DNA of 64,000 nucleotides from an uncultured Candidatus Saccharibacteria bacterium (GCA_964543385.1 CAZIYE010000001.1:29557-93556); one strand, 5' to 3'. Positions 54,561 to 64,000 are shown, counted from the first letter of the stretch. Notes: generated by a model from the letters alone, not told the origin. Made by a program: numbers and translations.

Positions 54561-55262
54561 ATGCTATCTTTAATAGTCGCTATCTACTTAATTGGAATAG
54601 CATCAATTATTTGGTCATTTATGGATCATGGAGCAATTTTAACTGCTATAATCGCTGCTGTCTGGGCGGCTCTGCTAGTCACGCTCAAGAAAGTGAAACT
54701 TGGTATTCCAGCTGCTATGACTGCCTCTGCCTTTGTCCTAGTAGCCAGTGTGGTGACAATTCTTACTTACCCTGAGAGAAATGACAAAATAGATCTCAGC
54801 GATACCAAAACTGAAGGCAGTCAGGCAGTAGAGAAAAAAGAAGTTGCCGATCCAGCCGGAACTATATTAGTTGACGGCGGCATAGGCACATTAACAAAAG
54901 ATAAATATGACTCATATTCTTATATCGCCGAATCAGCCAGAGGCAAGGAGGCTTATCTAGCGGCAAAGGGAGCAATAGCTTCTTATGAGTTTGAGTCCGC
55001 AATAGCAGGAAACTACAAACTATCAGTAAAGCTCTCTGACGATGCACTACATCTTGATGGCTCAAGAAGCGTAACAATACTCCTAAACAATTCAAAAACC
55101 CTCGCTTACTCTCATATTTCCAAAGATACAAAAGGTTGGGAATGGTTTGACTTAGGCCAAGTAACATTGATTGCTGGTAAAAACACTATCACCTTTACCA
55201 AAGATGACACAACATCAGCTGCCTTTGTGATGGATGAATTTAAATTTGTGCCACAAAATTAA
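54561..55262 (+). CDS. hypothetical membrane-anchored protein with extracytoplasmic beta-rich domain
   Basis: Two N-terminal TM helices followed by a ~150-aa domain. No recognised family. Confidence 0.5.
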   Translation: MLSLIVAIYLIGIASIIWSFMDHGAILTAIIAAVWAALLVTLKKVKLGIPAAMTASAFVLVASVVTILTYPERNDKIDLSDTKTEGSQAVEKKEVADPAGTILVDGGIGTLTKDKYDSYSYIAESARGKEAYLAAKGAIASYEFESAIAGNYKLSVKLSDDALHLDGSRSVTILLNNSKTLAYSHISKDTKGWEWFDLGQVTLIAGKNTITFTKDDTTSAAFVMDEFKFVPQN

Positions 55263-55274
55263 AAGAGGACAAAA

Positions 55275-55748
55275 ATGACAGAAGAAAAAATGTGTTGCCC
55301 AAGGTTTGATCCAAAACCATGGGATGATAAAATTTTCGAGTGGGAAAACAAAAAATTTATCAAAGGAAAAGTTGCTACCTTTTTATATATGCCGCTTAAC
55401 TTTGGCAGTGTTATCACAAGATTAAATAACTTGGTTGAAAAAGCTGGAGCTACTATGCCCCAATGGTTATCCCTTTCCGACCATGCCTCACCCTGGAAAA
55501 TGGATTTATATCTAGCAGTTGATAAAGAAATCGAGGACGCTGAAAATATTAATCTTTCCGGCAAATTTTTGAGCAAAGTCTACGAGGGAGATTTCAAGGA
55601 GACAGCCAAGTGGGGCGAAGACTTCAAAAAATATGCCGATGGTAAAAATTTGAAGATAAAGAAGTGGTACATGTGGTATACAACGTGTCCAAAATGCGCT
55701 AAAAAATACGGCAAGAATTATGTTGTTACAATTGCGGAAGTGGAATGA
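55275..55748 (+). CDS. hypothetical protein with N-terminal CC and C-terminal CPKC pairs
   Basis: 157 aa. MCCPRF...TTCPKCAKKYG suggests metal binding. Overlaps the next gene by 4 nt. Confidence 0.5.
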   Translation: MTEEKMCCPRFDPKPWDDKIFEWENKKFIKGKVATFLYMPLNFGSVITRLNNLVEKAGATMPQWLSLSDHASPWKMDLYLAVDKEIEDAENINLSGKFLSKVYEGDFKETAKWGEDFKKYADGKNLKIKKWYMWYTTCPKCAKKYGKNYVVTIAEVE

Positions 55749-56530
55749 CCAAACTTATTTGCCTAAATATTGGGATAAAAATTGACAATGCCAATGCAGT
55801 GGTTAATTTTCTTGCCGAACAAGATGCTGATATTGTCTGTCTGCAGGAAGTAGCAAATCCCATAGAAAACTCCGTAAAAAATATTTTCAGATCAAAAGAA
55901 ATCATCAAAAAAGCACTGGGTAAGACATACCCATACCGATATTTTTCTCCACTTTGGCAATCTAGAGGATTCACCAGCCTGGATTTTGGCGGCTTCATCG
56001 AACAAGGCAATTATATTTTGTCTAAGTTACCGATTAATAAAGCAGAGACAGCATTCTTCCACAAGGAATATAAAAAAGTCTCTGATTGGAAAGAGATGAA
56101 TTTCTATACAGAAGATCATGGTAGAGCATTGCAAACCGTCGAATTGGACTGCAACGGCAAGAAATTATGCATAATGAATATCCACGGCATTTGGACCGCT
56201 GACAAGATAGGGGATAGTAGGACAATTGCCGAAATTAATTTTATCTTGAATAAATGCAGTGACAACGATACGCCCACGATAGTAGCCGGTGATTTTAATT
56301 TATTACCAGAGACAGACTCAATAAAATTGATCGACAATAAAATGACAAACTTGATTTCACAGAATGAAATTCAGACAACACGACCGGAGTTTAAAAACAG
56401 CATGGAAGAGGGTAACAATATCGTCGATTATGTTTTTATCAATAATAAAATTCAATCTAGTAAATTTGAAGTCCCAAATATTGCAATCAGCGACCATTTG
56501 CCGCTAATCTTGGAATTCGAACTTAATTAA
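55745..56530 (+). CDS. endonuclease/exonuclease/phosphatase (EEP) family protein
   Basis: DADIVCLQEV, GDFNLLPETDS and SDHLPL are canonical EEP motifs. Confidence 0.8.
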   Translation: MTKLICLNIGIKIDNANAVVNFLAEQDADIVCLQEVANPIENSVKNIFRSKEIIKKALGKTYPYRYFSPLWQSRGFTSLDFGGFIEQGNYILSKLPINKAETAFFHKEYKKVSDWKEMNFYTEDHGRALQTVELDCNGKKLCIMNIHGIWTADKIGDSRTIAEINFILNKCSDNDTPTIVAGDFNLLPETDSIKLIDNKMTNLISQNEIQTTRPEFKNSMEEGNNIVDYVFINNKIQSSKFEVPNIAISDHLPLILEFELN

Positions 56531-56577
56531 TATTTCTCTCGGGCCCAATCAGGTATTTGCCGGGATCTTTTTTATTT

Positions 56578-56640
56578 CCATTGCAAGATTCCTGCTTTCC
56601 TGCCTTCCGGCAGGCATGGCGCAGGAATGACAGTAAATGG
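56578..56640 (+). promoter_or_regulatory. GC-rich nested stem-loop element upstream of small GC-rich ORF
   Basis: ccatt...aatgg outer stem, attcctgc/gcaggaat middle stem, ctgcc-ttcc-ggcag apical hairpin. A TTATCA-16-TATAAG promoter-like site lies at ~56659-56686. Confidence 0.35.
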
Positions 56641-56729
56641 TTACGAAAGTTAATGTTTATCAAATACGATTATTGTGTTATAAGAAGATAACTCCGCGAG
56701 CAGCAAAATTTTAGTAAAGGAGCAAGGCG

Positions 56730-56996
56730 ATGGCTGTCAAACAGAATGCAGTCAAATTGCCCAATGGCAAAAATGCGATTGTTTTTCCAACAACTGCATC
56801 CGTACTTTTCCATGATGCCGTCCAACTGGCGGAGAACATCGACTTCCTCCTCTCGGGTCAATTCTCTGGTCAAGAACTGATTCTGGCCACCATTGTGAAA
56901 CAGCCAGAACAGGATCTATCCAGTAAGACCCATGCCGGCGAGGCCGTACTGGTGTTTACACCGAAGCCCGTGCCAATCCCGCCGTCCAGCGAATAA
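56730..56996 (+). CDS. small hypothetical protein (88 aa) in GC-rich micro-cassette
   Basis: AAAGGAG Shine-Dalgarno 8 nt upstream. ~52% GC. A GC-rich hairpin (ccaggccca/tgggcctgg) lies downstream. Confidence 0.45.
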   Translation: MAVKQNAVKLPNGKNAIVFPTTASVLFHDAVQLAENIDFLLSGQFSGQELILATIVKQPEQDLSSKTHAGEAVLVFTPKPVPIPPSSE

Positions 56997-57094
56997 ATCC
57001 GCTCTCGACGTCAGGAATTCTCTCCAGGCCCACCCCCATGGGCCTGGAAGAAACTAACAATTATCTAGATAATATTAGTAAGCAATGCTAAAAT

Positions 57095-57373
57095 TTGATT
57101 ATGCAAGAAACAATAGATTTATTAAAAAAAGAAATAGCAGAAATAAAACTTCGCAACAATAACGTTGAGGCAGATAAGGCTTGGGAGACCAGCATCACAC
57201 GCCGGCTTCTTTTGATAATTTTTACATACTTAGCAATCAGTCTTTATCTTCAGGCTATTGAAGTTGATAGGCCATGGCTAAATGCTATCGTGCCAGCAGT
57301 TGGCTTTCTACTGTCGACACTTACTTTATCTTTCTTTAAAAAACTTTGGTTAAAATGCTGCTATAAAAAATAG
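57095..57373 (+). CDS. small two-TM membrane protein (92 aa)
   Basis: Hydrophobic segments LLLIIFTYLAISLYL and AIVPAVGFLLSTLTL. Upstream of the sortase gene. Confidence 0.4.
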   Translation: MIMQETIDLLKKEIAEIKLRNNNVEADKAWETSITRRLLLIIFTYLAISLYLQAIEVDRPWLNAIVPAVGFLLSTLTLSFFKKLWLKCCYKK

Positions 57374-57418
57374 CTCCGTTTTGATAAGATAATTGCATCA
57401 ATATTTAGGATAACGAAG

Positions 57419-58198
57419 ATGCTAAACGAAAAAGATCTCGAAAAAATATTTGCTAATAAGAAAAAAGATTCCCAGATTGCCGACATCATTGCAAGTATTA
57501 TTTGGAAAGTTGTTTCTTTTGCTGGAATAGTCTGTATTTGCTATTTGGCAATTAATTTTTATGGTTTTAAAGACAAAGTGCAATATTGGTACAAAAACGA
57601 TTTCAAGGCAGAGCCAGCAATTGATAGGGCAGAGCCAGCAGTAAGTCAGTTGGTATCGATAATTGAAAAGAAGCAAGAACCAGCTAAACGTGAAATCCAG
57701 CCAGATATGGCAGAAAACTCGATTAAGATTCCGACTATAAACGTCAACGCACCGATCAGCTGGAGAGTAAATAATTTGCCCAAGGAAGTAAGCCAGGGTC
57801 TTAGCAATGGAGTAATCCAAGTAAATGGCACGGCACTTCCTGGAGAGAAGGGAAATATCTATATCACTGGCCATAGTTCAAATTATGTTTGGGTTAAACA
57901 AAAATATAATTCAATATTTTCAAATATTAGCAAACTAGTTGTCGGAGACATGGTTTATGTCAAATTTGGCAAAGAAGTTTATGTCTATAAGGTTTATGAC
58001 CAGAAAATTGTAGCATCTAATGATCTCTCAATTCTCGATCCTACCAATGAATCTCGGTTGACCCTTGCAACCTGTTGGCCGCTTGGCACATCGTTGAAGC
58101 GTATGGTCGTGCTGGCAAACCAAATATATCCAAACCCGACCAAGAATAAAGCATCAAAAGAAGTCATCCGCTTTACCAAGCTCCCAAGCGGAAGATAA
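57419..58198 (+). CDS. sortase (transpeptidase), membrane-anchored
   Basis: N-terminal TM. Catalytic His (YITGHSS), TLxTC (LTLATCWP) and Arg (LKRMVVLA). Confidence 0.85.
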   Translation: MLNEKDLEKIFANKKKDSQIADIIASIIWKVVSFAGIVCICYLAINFYGFKDKVQYWYKNDFKAEPAIDRAEPAVSQLVSIIEKKQEPAKREIQPDMAENSIKIPTINVNAPISWRVNNLPKEVSQGLSNGVIQVNGTALPGEKGNIYITGHSSNYVWVKQKYNSIFSNISKLVVGDMVYVKFGKEVYVYKVYDQKIVASNDLSILDPTNESRLTLATCWPLGTSLKRMVVLANQIYPNPTKNKASKEVIRFTKLPSGR

Positions 58199-58280
58199 TG
58201 CTAATATCAAATATAAAAGGCTCATGATGAGCCTTTTATATTTAAATTCCTGTTGGAACCATTGTAATAGAAATTATCTG

Positions 58281-59006
58281 TTACCTAATCTTGGCAATCT
58301 TATAATCACCGCTGTCTAGAAAGTATAGTTCGGAACCATCAGAATTTATCTGAAATTTTGTTGGAGACTCACCGCTTAGGGTGGCAAGCAAGGTATCGTT
58401 TAGTCCTGTTTTTTCAATAATCCGAATTTCCCTGCCTTGTTGGTATAAGACATGAGTATGATCAGAATACCAAATAACTTGACTTATTGGTGTTGAGAAT
58501 CTTGATATGATTTTCTGCTCTACCCATATCTCAAATCCGTTTGAAAATAGTCCATTTCTATCACTTCGGCTCGCGAGTTGATCACTTGGACCATTTAAGA
58601 GAGACATCTTTCTATTATCAGTCAATTCTTCTACTACAGGATGATCTTTGAATAGAACAACGTCCTTATAGACATTGACCGATTTTGAATCAATATTTAG
58701 ATCAATCTGCCAGGTTTTATATGTGTTTTTCGAGATTTTGAAGGAATATCTGGCAGGTCGAAGGTTTTTAGCAAATGTTTTACCAACCTGAATTTTTTTA
58801 TCGTTGATAAAAACTTCCGAGTCTTTTGGTAGATACTCGATAGAGATCAAGCCTGTTTTGATAGTACGAAAATTTATGAAATCAAAACGATTTCCTTCGG
58901 CATAAAAGAGAACAGACAACGCCAAAAATGTTATCACTGCCCCGACAGCTAGCTGTCCGAACAATATTTTCATAAATAATTTTGTGCGCCGATCGTTATT
59001 GACCAT
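58281..59006 (-). CDS. membrane-anchored PEGA-like domain protein
   Basis: N-terminal TM then PKDSEVFINDKKIQVGKTFAKNLRPARYSFKISKNTYKTWQ (PEGA-like). 241 aa. Confidence 0.5.
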   Translation of the reverse strand: MVNNDRRTKLFMKILFGQLAVGAVITFLALSVLFYAEGNRFDFINFRTIKTGLISIEYLPKDSEVFINDKKIQVGKTFAKNLRPARYSFKISKNTYKTWQIDLNIDSKSVNVYKDVVLFKDHPVVEELTDNRKMSLLNGPSDQLASRSDRNGLFSNGFEIWVEQKIISRFSTPISQVIWYSDHTHVLYQQGREIRIIEKTGLNDTLLATLSGESPTKFQINSDGSELYFLDSGDYKIAKIR

Positions 59007-59080
59007 AATAACAGGATTAAAGCCAGTCAGATATTCAATTATTATATATCTGCTTAAAATTTACCGCTTGTTCTATTATA

Positions 59081-59109
59081 TTGAATATTGCGCTAATTTA
59101 CCATACAAT
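59081..59109 (+). promoter_or_regulatory. sigma70-like promoter upstream of murA (TTGAAT-17-TACAAT)
   Basis: ttgaat at 59081-59086, tacaat at 59104-59109. Confidence 0.4.
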
Positions 59110-59140
59110 AAAACCACTTACAATCATCACAAGGAGTTAC

Positions 59141-60403
59141 ATGGCCAAGTTTAGAATCAAGGGAGGAAAAGAGTTAAAGGGCGAAATACTAGTTTCTGGA
59201 GCAAAAAATGCTGCTTTAAAGATTATCCCTGCTGCAATTCTAGCAGACACACCATCAACAATTTCTAATGTCCCAAATATCTTAGACATTGAGAAAATTC
59301 TTGAGATACTCAGAAGTATCAGGGCAGATATCTCCTTCGAGAATAATACCGTCAAGATAGATCCAAGAAAGATCAACTCGACTACTCCTGACGAAAAATT
59401 GGTAAAAAAACTACGAGGATCCGTAGTGTTAGTTGGAGCTCTTCTTGCGAAATATGGTCATGCCGTATTTAGCGAACCAGGAGGTTGTCTTATTGGAGCG
59501 AGAGCAATTGATGATCATTTAGACCTATTCCGCCAATTAGGAGTCAAGATAAGGATAAGCGATGGCAAATATATACTCAAAGGCAAACCTCAGGCAGGAA
59601 AAGTTATTCTAAATAAATTAAGTGTTACAGCAACTGAAAATGCTATTTTAGCGACTGTTTTGTCTGAAGGCACTACTCATATTCATGTAGCGGCAGCTGA
59701 GCCAGAGATTGTTGACCTTGCAAACTTCCTAAACAAAATGGGGGCAAAGGTTGAGGGCGCCGGCACTCATGATATTTTCATTACTGGCGTGAAAAAATTA
59801 GAAGGAGTATCATATCGGATACTGCCAGATAGAATAGAAGCTGGTACTTATATTATTGCCGGCGTTGCGACCAACTCCGAAATAACCGTCGGTCCACTTG
59901 TTGTTGACCATTTGGATCTAGTTTTGAAAAAACTCTCTGATTCTGGAGCAAAATATAAAGTAATAGAGAAGAATGGCCAAGAATATATCAAAACATTGAA
60001 GCACAAGAAATTGATTGCCTGTGACGTCGACACTAGACCATATCCTGGCTTTCCAACAGATTTGCAATCGCCATATGCAGTTCTAGCTACACAATGCGAG
60101 GGGACAACAAGGATTTTCGAGACTATGTTCGAGGGTAGATTTGCCTATCTCGAAGAATTAAAATTACTCAGATCTCAGGCAAGTATATTAAATCCTCATG
60201 AAATTGAAATTCATGGCACCACTAAGCTTATGGGCACTGAAATTTCTAGCAAGGATATACGTGGCGGTGCCGCTCTAGTGATTGCCGCTCTGTTATCTCA
60301 AAGAACAACTACTATTCAAGATATAGAATTTGTTGACAGAGGTTATGAGAAAATTGACGAAAAATTAAAATCAATCGGTGCTGATATCAAGAGAGAAGAG
60401 TAA
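59141..60403 (+). CDS. murA: UDP-N-acetylglucosamine 1-carboxyvinyltransferase
   Basis: Start MAKFRIKGGKEL with AAGGAG upstream; the track ORF begins earlier at 59081. EPSP-synthase fold with catalytic Cys region (GGCLIGARAID). Confidence 0.9.
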   Translation: MAKFRIKGGKELKGEILVSGAKNAALKIIPAAILADTPSTISNVPNILDIEKILEILRSIRADISFENNTVKIDPRKINSTTPDEKLVKKLRGSVVLVGALLAKYGHAVFSEPGGCLIGARAIDDHLDLFRQLGVKIRISDGKYILKGKPQAGKVILNKLSVTATENAILATVLSEGTTHIHVAAAEPEIVDLANFLNKMGAKVEGAGTHDIFITGVKKLEGVSYRILPDRIEAGTYIIAGVATNSEITVGPLVVDHLDLVLKKLSDSGAKYKVIEKNGQEYIKTLKHKKLIACDVDTRPYPGFPTDLQSPYAVLATQCEGTTRIFETMFEGRFAYLEELKLLRSQASILNPHEIEIHGTTKLMGTEISSKDIRGGAALVIAALLSQRTTTIQDIEFVDRGYEKIDEKLKSIGADIKREE

Positions 60404-60409
60404 ACATAA

Positions 60410-61423
60410 ATGCTTAGAAAAATTGCGATAGATTTAGGTACAAATAATATTCGGGTTTATATCCCAAAAAAGGGTATAGTTATTAATGAACCAAGCGTTG
60501 TGGCACTGCAAGCCTTCGACAATAAAGTAATGGCGATTGGCGCAGAGGCAAAACAAATGATTGGACGCACTCCAGAAAGTATTATCGCTGCTGCTCCGCT
60601 CAAAGAGGGAGTGATCGCCAATTTTAGAATTGCCGAAGCAATGCTCCGTTATTATATAAATAAAGTCTCCGGAAATATTCGTCTTTTTAAACCTGAAATC
60701 ATGGTCTCTATTCCTGCCGGCGTTACCTCTACGGAAAGACGTGCTGTCGTTGATGCTTGTAACTCTGCCGGTGCGAAACAAACTTATCTGATCAAGCAGC
60801 CAATAGCAGCAGCACTTGGCGCCAGCATTCCAATTGCAACACCATCAGGCAATATGATTATAGATATTGGTGGTGGCACTAGTGAAGTTGCTGTTATTTC
60901 ACTTGGAGATGTGGTCGCTTCGACATCCGTCCGTGTTGGTGGAAATAAATTTGATGCTGCGATAGCAAACTTCATTAGGAAAAAACACAATTTAGTTATT
61001 GGCGACCAAACAGCTGAAGATATCAAAATCAAAATTGGCTCAGCCCAACCTTTAAAAAAGGAAATGAAGATGGAGGTCTCTGGCTCAAACACAATTACAG
61101 GCCTACCCGAAAGCATTATGATCAATTCCGAAGAGATCGTTCTCGCCATCAAACCACCATTAGTTGAAATAATTAACGCAGTTAAAGATGTACTTCAAAA
61201 AACTCCACCTGAGCTTGCCTCCGATGTGATGGATAAAGGAATAATCCTAACAGGCGCCGGCTCGAAACTACGTAATATGGACACATTGTTGACAAAACTA
61301 ACTGGGATTCCTTGTGAACTTGCAAATAATCCCGAAGAATGTGTCGTTAAAGGATCCGGAATAGCCATAGAAAACCTTGAGGCATTCAAGCGCTCAGTTC
61401 TTTGGACTAAGGATCAAAATTAA
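60410..61423 (+). CDS. mreB: rod shape-determining protein MreB
   Basis: IDLGTNNIRVY, actin-like phosphate and adenosine motifs (DIGGGTSEVAV). 337 aa. Confidence 0.9.
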   Translation: MLRKIAIDLGTNNIRVYIPKKGIVINEPSVVALQAFDNKVMAIGAEAKQMIGRTPESIIAAAPLKEGVIANFRIAEAMLRYYINKVSGNIRLFKPEIMVSIPAGVTSTERRAVVDACNSAGAKQTYLIKQPIAAALGASIPIATPSGNMIIDIGGGTSEVAVISLGDVVASTSVRVGGNKFDAAIANFIRKKHNLVIGDQTAEDIKIKIGSAQPLKKEMKMEVSGSNTITGLPESIMINSEEIVLAIKPPLVEIINAVKDVLQKTPPELASDVMDKGIILTGAGSKLRNMDTLLTKLTGIPCELANNPEECVVKGSGIAIENLEAFKRSVLWTKDQN

Positions 61424-61435
61424 TAGGCATTACCA

Positions 61436-62527
61436 ATGATAATAGGAATTGATGCATCAAAAGCAGCAGCAGAGAATCGCACTGGGGTAGAGAATTTTAC
61501 CTATCAGATGATTCTTGGCCTAAATAAAATAAAAAAAGAAAACTTTTATTATCTCTATACAAATAAGAGCCTACCTCATGAATTACACTCTCGGGTAAAC
61601 TTTTTGGAAAAAAAAACATACTTTCATAGATTTTTTAATAAAGTATTTTTACCTCTATTATTATTGAAATATCGCCCTGACGTTTATTTCCAACCACTTT
61701 ATTCGATACCAATGTTTACTCCAAAGAAATGTATCGCTGTAGTTCATGACCTTGCCTTCCAGAAATTTCCTGATGCTTATTCCGATTCAGAAATAAAAAG
61801 ACAGATGTCTTCCTTAAATAACGTGGTGAAAAAATCAGAAAAAATTGTTTGTGTCAGTCAGTCTACAAAAAATGATTTAATCGAGCTCTTTCCCGAAACG
61901 AAAGAAAAAATTGAAATTATCTATCCTTCTTATAACGAAGAAACTTTCCACCCAATCGAAAAGCCCAAGGATCCTTTAAAAGTAGGAGATTATTTTTTCC
62001 TTTTTATTGGGCGCCTCGAAGAACGTAAAAATATAGTAAAAATAATTGAAGCCTTTTCACTTTTGAAAGAAGAGCTCGGCCTACCTCACAAATTAGTCTT
62101 AGCAGGTAAGCCCGGCTATGGCTATGACAAGATCGCCGAAAAAATAAAATCTCTAAAACCCGAAATTGCTAAGCAAATTATCTTGCCAGGTTTTATTAAG
62201 CAAGAAGATATGGCCGATGTTATGAGCAGTGCCACAGCATTTCTTTACCCGTCGCTTTATGAAGGTTTTGGAATTGCAGCCCTAGATGCTCTTGCTGCCG
62301 GTACACCAGTTATAACTGCAAATACTTCTGCTCTACCAGAAGCAGTTGGAGATGCTGCCATACTAGTAGCACCAGAAGACGCTAATGCCATTAAAAATGC
62401 AATGAGAGAGTTAGCAACTGACCCAGTAAAAAGGAATTCATTGATTAAAAAAGGGTTAGATCAGATACAAAAATTTTCCTGGGAGAAAAGCGCCCAGAAA
62501 TTACTAAACATTTTGGAGAGTTTATGA
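61436..62527 (+). CDS. glycosyltransferase family 4 (GT-B)
   Basis: C-terminal EGFGIAALDALAAGTPVI (E-x7-E-like GT4 motif). Confidence 0.85.
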   Translation: MIIGIDASKAAAENRTGVENFTYQMILGLNKIKKENFYYLYTNKSLPHELHSRVNFLEKKTYFHRFFNKVFLPLLLLKYRPDVYFQPLYSIPMFTPKKCIAVVHDLAFQKFPDAYSDSEIKRQMSSLNNVVKKSEKIVCVSQSTKNDLIELFPETKEKIEIIYPSYNEETFHPIEKPKDPLKVGDYFFLFIGRLEERKNIVKIIEAFSLLKEELGLPHKLVLAGKPGYGYDKIAEKIKSLKPEIAKQIILPGFIKQEDMADVMSSATAFLYPSLYEGFGIAALDALAAGTPVITANTSALPEAVGDAAILVAPEDANAIKNAMRELATDPVKRNSLIKKGLDQIQKFSWEKSAQKLLNILESL

Positions 62528-63645
62528 AAGTAGCTATAGTCTGTGATTTTTTAACTAAATTTGGCGGAGCCCAACAAGTATTGCTTGCGATTCATGAAGT
62601 CTATCCCGATGCACCAATTTATTGTCTTTTATACGATGAGAAAGGCACTAAAGGTAGATTCAAGGACTGCAAAATTATTGAATCAAGTTTGGGCAAGCTA
62701 CCAAAATTCATGAAAACAAAAACTAAATTCTTCCTGCCAACAATGCCAAAAAGAATCGAGGAATTTGATTTCTCAGAATACGACTTAGTGATCTCATCAA
62801 ATGATTCATATGCTCATGGAATTATCACCAAGCCAACCACATTTCATGCGTGCTATTGTCACACACCGATGCGCTATGTCTGGGACTGGCATTTTGAGTA
62901 TTTAAAGGAGAATAACCTTGATCATGGCCTCAAAGGAATAATTGTTAAAAATATTTTACACAAGATCAGGATTTGGGATCGAATTTCCGCCCACCGTGTA
63001 GACAAGTGGCTAGCAAACTCAGAAAACGTCAAAGGAAGAATTAGTAAGTATTATCGAGCTGATTCTGAGGTCCTCTATCCGCCAGTCAATGTGAAAGATA
63101 TACACCTGTCAGAAGACAAACCAGAAGATTATTATGTTATCGTTTCCAGACTTGAGCCCTATAAAAGAGTGTCCCTTGCAGTTCAGGCTTGTAACAAGCT
63201 TAAAAAGAAACTGGTCGTTATTGGCGAAGGTTCAGAAATGCCTCACTTAAAGAAAATATCTGGCGATACTATATCTCTCCTTGGATGGCAATCAGAGAAA
63301 AGTATGTATGAATATTTGCAAAAAGCGAAGGCTTTTATATTTCCTGCCGACGAAGACTTCGGTATTACTCCAGTTGAGGCGATGGCCGCCGGCAAACCCG
63401 TTATTGCATTGAAAAAGGGAGGCGCGCTTGAAACTATAATTGAGGGCATTACCGGTATATTCTTCGATGAAGCTACTCCTGATTCCCTTGCATCAGCAAT
63501 TGAAAGCTTTGAGAGGATAGAAGAAACGATTAAACCCGCAGATTGCCGAAATCAATCAGAGAAATTTTCTAAAGATGCCTTCAAAAATAATTTGAAAGAA
63601 ATTATTGATCGTGAATATAAAAACTATTTAGAAAGATATAAATGA
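62524..63645 (+). CDS. glycosyltransferase family 4 (GT-B)
   Basis: EDFGITPVEAMAAGKPVIA. 4-nt overlap with the upstream GT suggests an operon. Confidence 0.85.
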   Translation: MKVAIVCDFLTKFGGAQQVLLAIHEVYPDAPIYCLLYDEKGTKGRFKDCKIIESSLGKLPKFMKTKTKFFLPTMPKRIEEFDFSEYDLVISSNDSYAHGIITKPTTFHACYCHTPMRYVWDWHFEYLKENNLDHGLKGIIVKNILHKIRIWDRISAHRVDKWLANSENVKGRISKYYRADSEVLYPPVNVKDIHLSEDKPEDYYVIVSRLEPYKRVSLAVQACNKLKKKLVVIGEGSEMPHLKKISGDTISLLGWQSEKSMYEYLQKAKAFIFPADEDFGITPVEAMAAGKPVIALKKGGALETIIEGITGIFFDEATPDSLASAIESFERIEETIKPADCRNQSEKFSKDAFKNNLKEIIDREYKNYLERYK

Positions 63646-64000
63646 GACGAAATACATGCTCAGTTTTAGGTGTCAAAGTTGATGACATTTCAAAAGTCGA
63701 TGCAAAAGAGAAACTTGCCGAATTAATCGAAAGAAAAGGCCATTCGATTATCTGCACACCAAATGTTGAGTTTGTGGTTAATGCACAAACCGACGAAGTT
63801 TTGAAAAAAATATTAAATGACGAATCAAAGCTCAATCTACCAGATGGATATGGCGTATTATGGGCAGCAAAGTATCTCTCCATTAAACTGCCCAAGCAAA
63901 AAGTCTTAAGGGTCCCACTTGCAACTATGATATGGCTTGTTTCTCTAATCTCGCTGCCTCTTTTTGTTAGATTAAAAAAGCAACCATTAAGGGAAAAAAT
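63642..64000 (+). CDS. WecB/TagA/CpsF (GT26)-family glycosyltransferase, 3'-truncated by window edge
   Basis: ATGA overlap with the preceding stop. MRRNTCSVLGVKVDDISKVDAKEKLAELIERKGHSIICTPNVEFVV resembles the GT26 N-terminus. Confidence 0.55.
   Translation, partial: MRRNTCSVLGVKVDDISKVDAKEKLAELIERKGHSIICTPNVEFVVNAQTDEVLKKILNDESKLNLPDGYGVLWAAKYLSIKLPKQKVLRVPLATMIWLVSLISLPLFVRLKKQPLREK

Noticed and set aside
56540-56585. Possible terminator after the EEP gene (gggcc...gccggga then tcttttttatttcc)
   Set aside because: The T-run is convincing, but I could not find a clean complementary stem by eye. It is left unannotated as a formal terminator.
1-64000. CRISPR arrays, rRNA genes, transposases, integrases or phage structural genes
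   Set aside because: No direct-repeat/spacer periodicity, rRNA-like conserved segments, DDE or tyrosine-recombinase motifs, or capsid/terminase-like ORFs were seen on either strand.

Overview
This is a low-GC (~35%) bacterial chromosome segment with streamlined, candidate-phyla-radiation-like features. These include a short PheS and AspRS, a fused ADP-forming acetyl-CoA synthetase, a pyruvate:ferredoxin oxidoreductase operon, a sortase and many small proteins. The region 1-16.7 kb is a conserved core. It carries the tail of the ribosomal spc/alpha operon (adk-map-infA-rpmJ-rpsM-rpsK-rpsD-rpoA-rplQ), then rplM-rpsI, rbfA, pheST, aspS, typA, a pseudouridine synthase, a D-Ala-D-Ala carboxypeptidase, and rnc-nusB-rpmF on the opposite strand. 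leuS follows, with an extra Nudix-box domain inserted between the editing domain and the catalytic core. A tRNA-Ala at 19.76 kb marks the start of an accessory block (19.9-32.1 kb). That block holds a 1050-aa orphan protein with an N-terminal Mrr/PD-(D/E)xK-like motif, a CYTH protein, a MacB-type ABC pair, a 1463-aa NHL-repeat surface protein with near-identical internal DNA repeats, a decayed ice-binding-like (DUF3494) gene remnant, and a ~0.85-kb ~50%-GC island. The window then carries Elp3 plus a divergent SAM-methyltransferase, rarA, a fermentative POR+ACD module, gpmI plus a degenerate iPGM paralog, a bifunctional PGI/PMI, tsaC and tRNA-Leu. A two-component system follows, with two tandem ~45-aa membrane peptides, an LTxxQ periplasmic protein and a second MacB-type ABC pair. 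The remainder is assorted accessory genes, a sortase, and a murA-mreB-glycosyltransferase envelope cluster. A recurring, unexplained pattern is at least five compositionally foreign (47-52% GC) micro-cassettes. Each has a small ORF, a consensus Shine-Dalgarno sequence and a GC-rich stem-loop. No CRISPR array, rRNA, transposase or integrase was seen.
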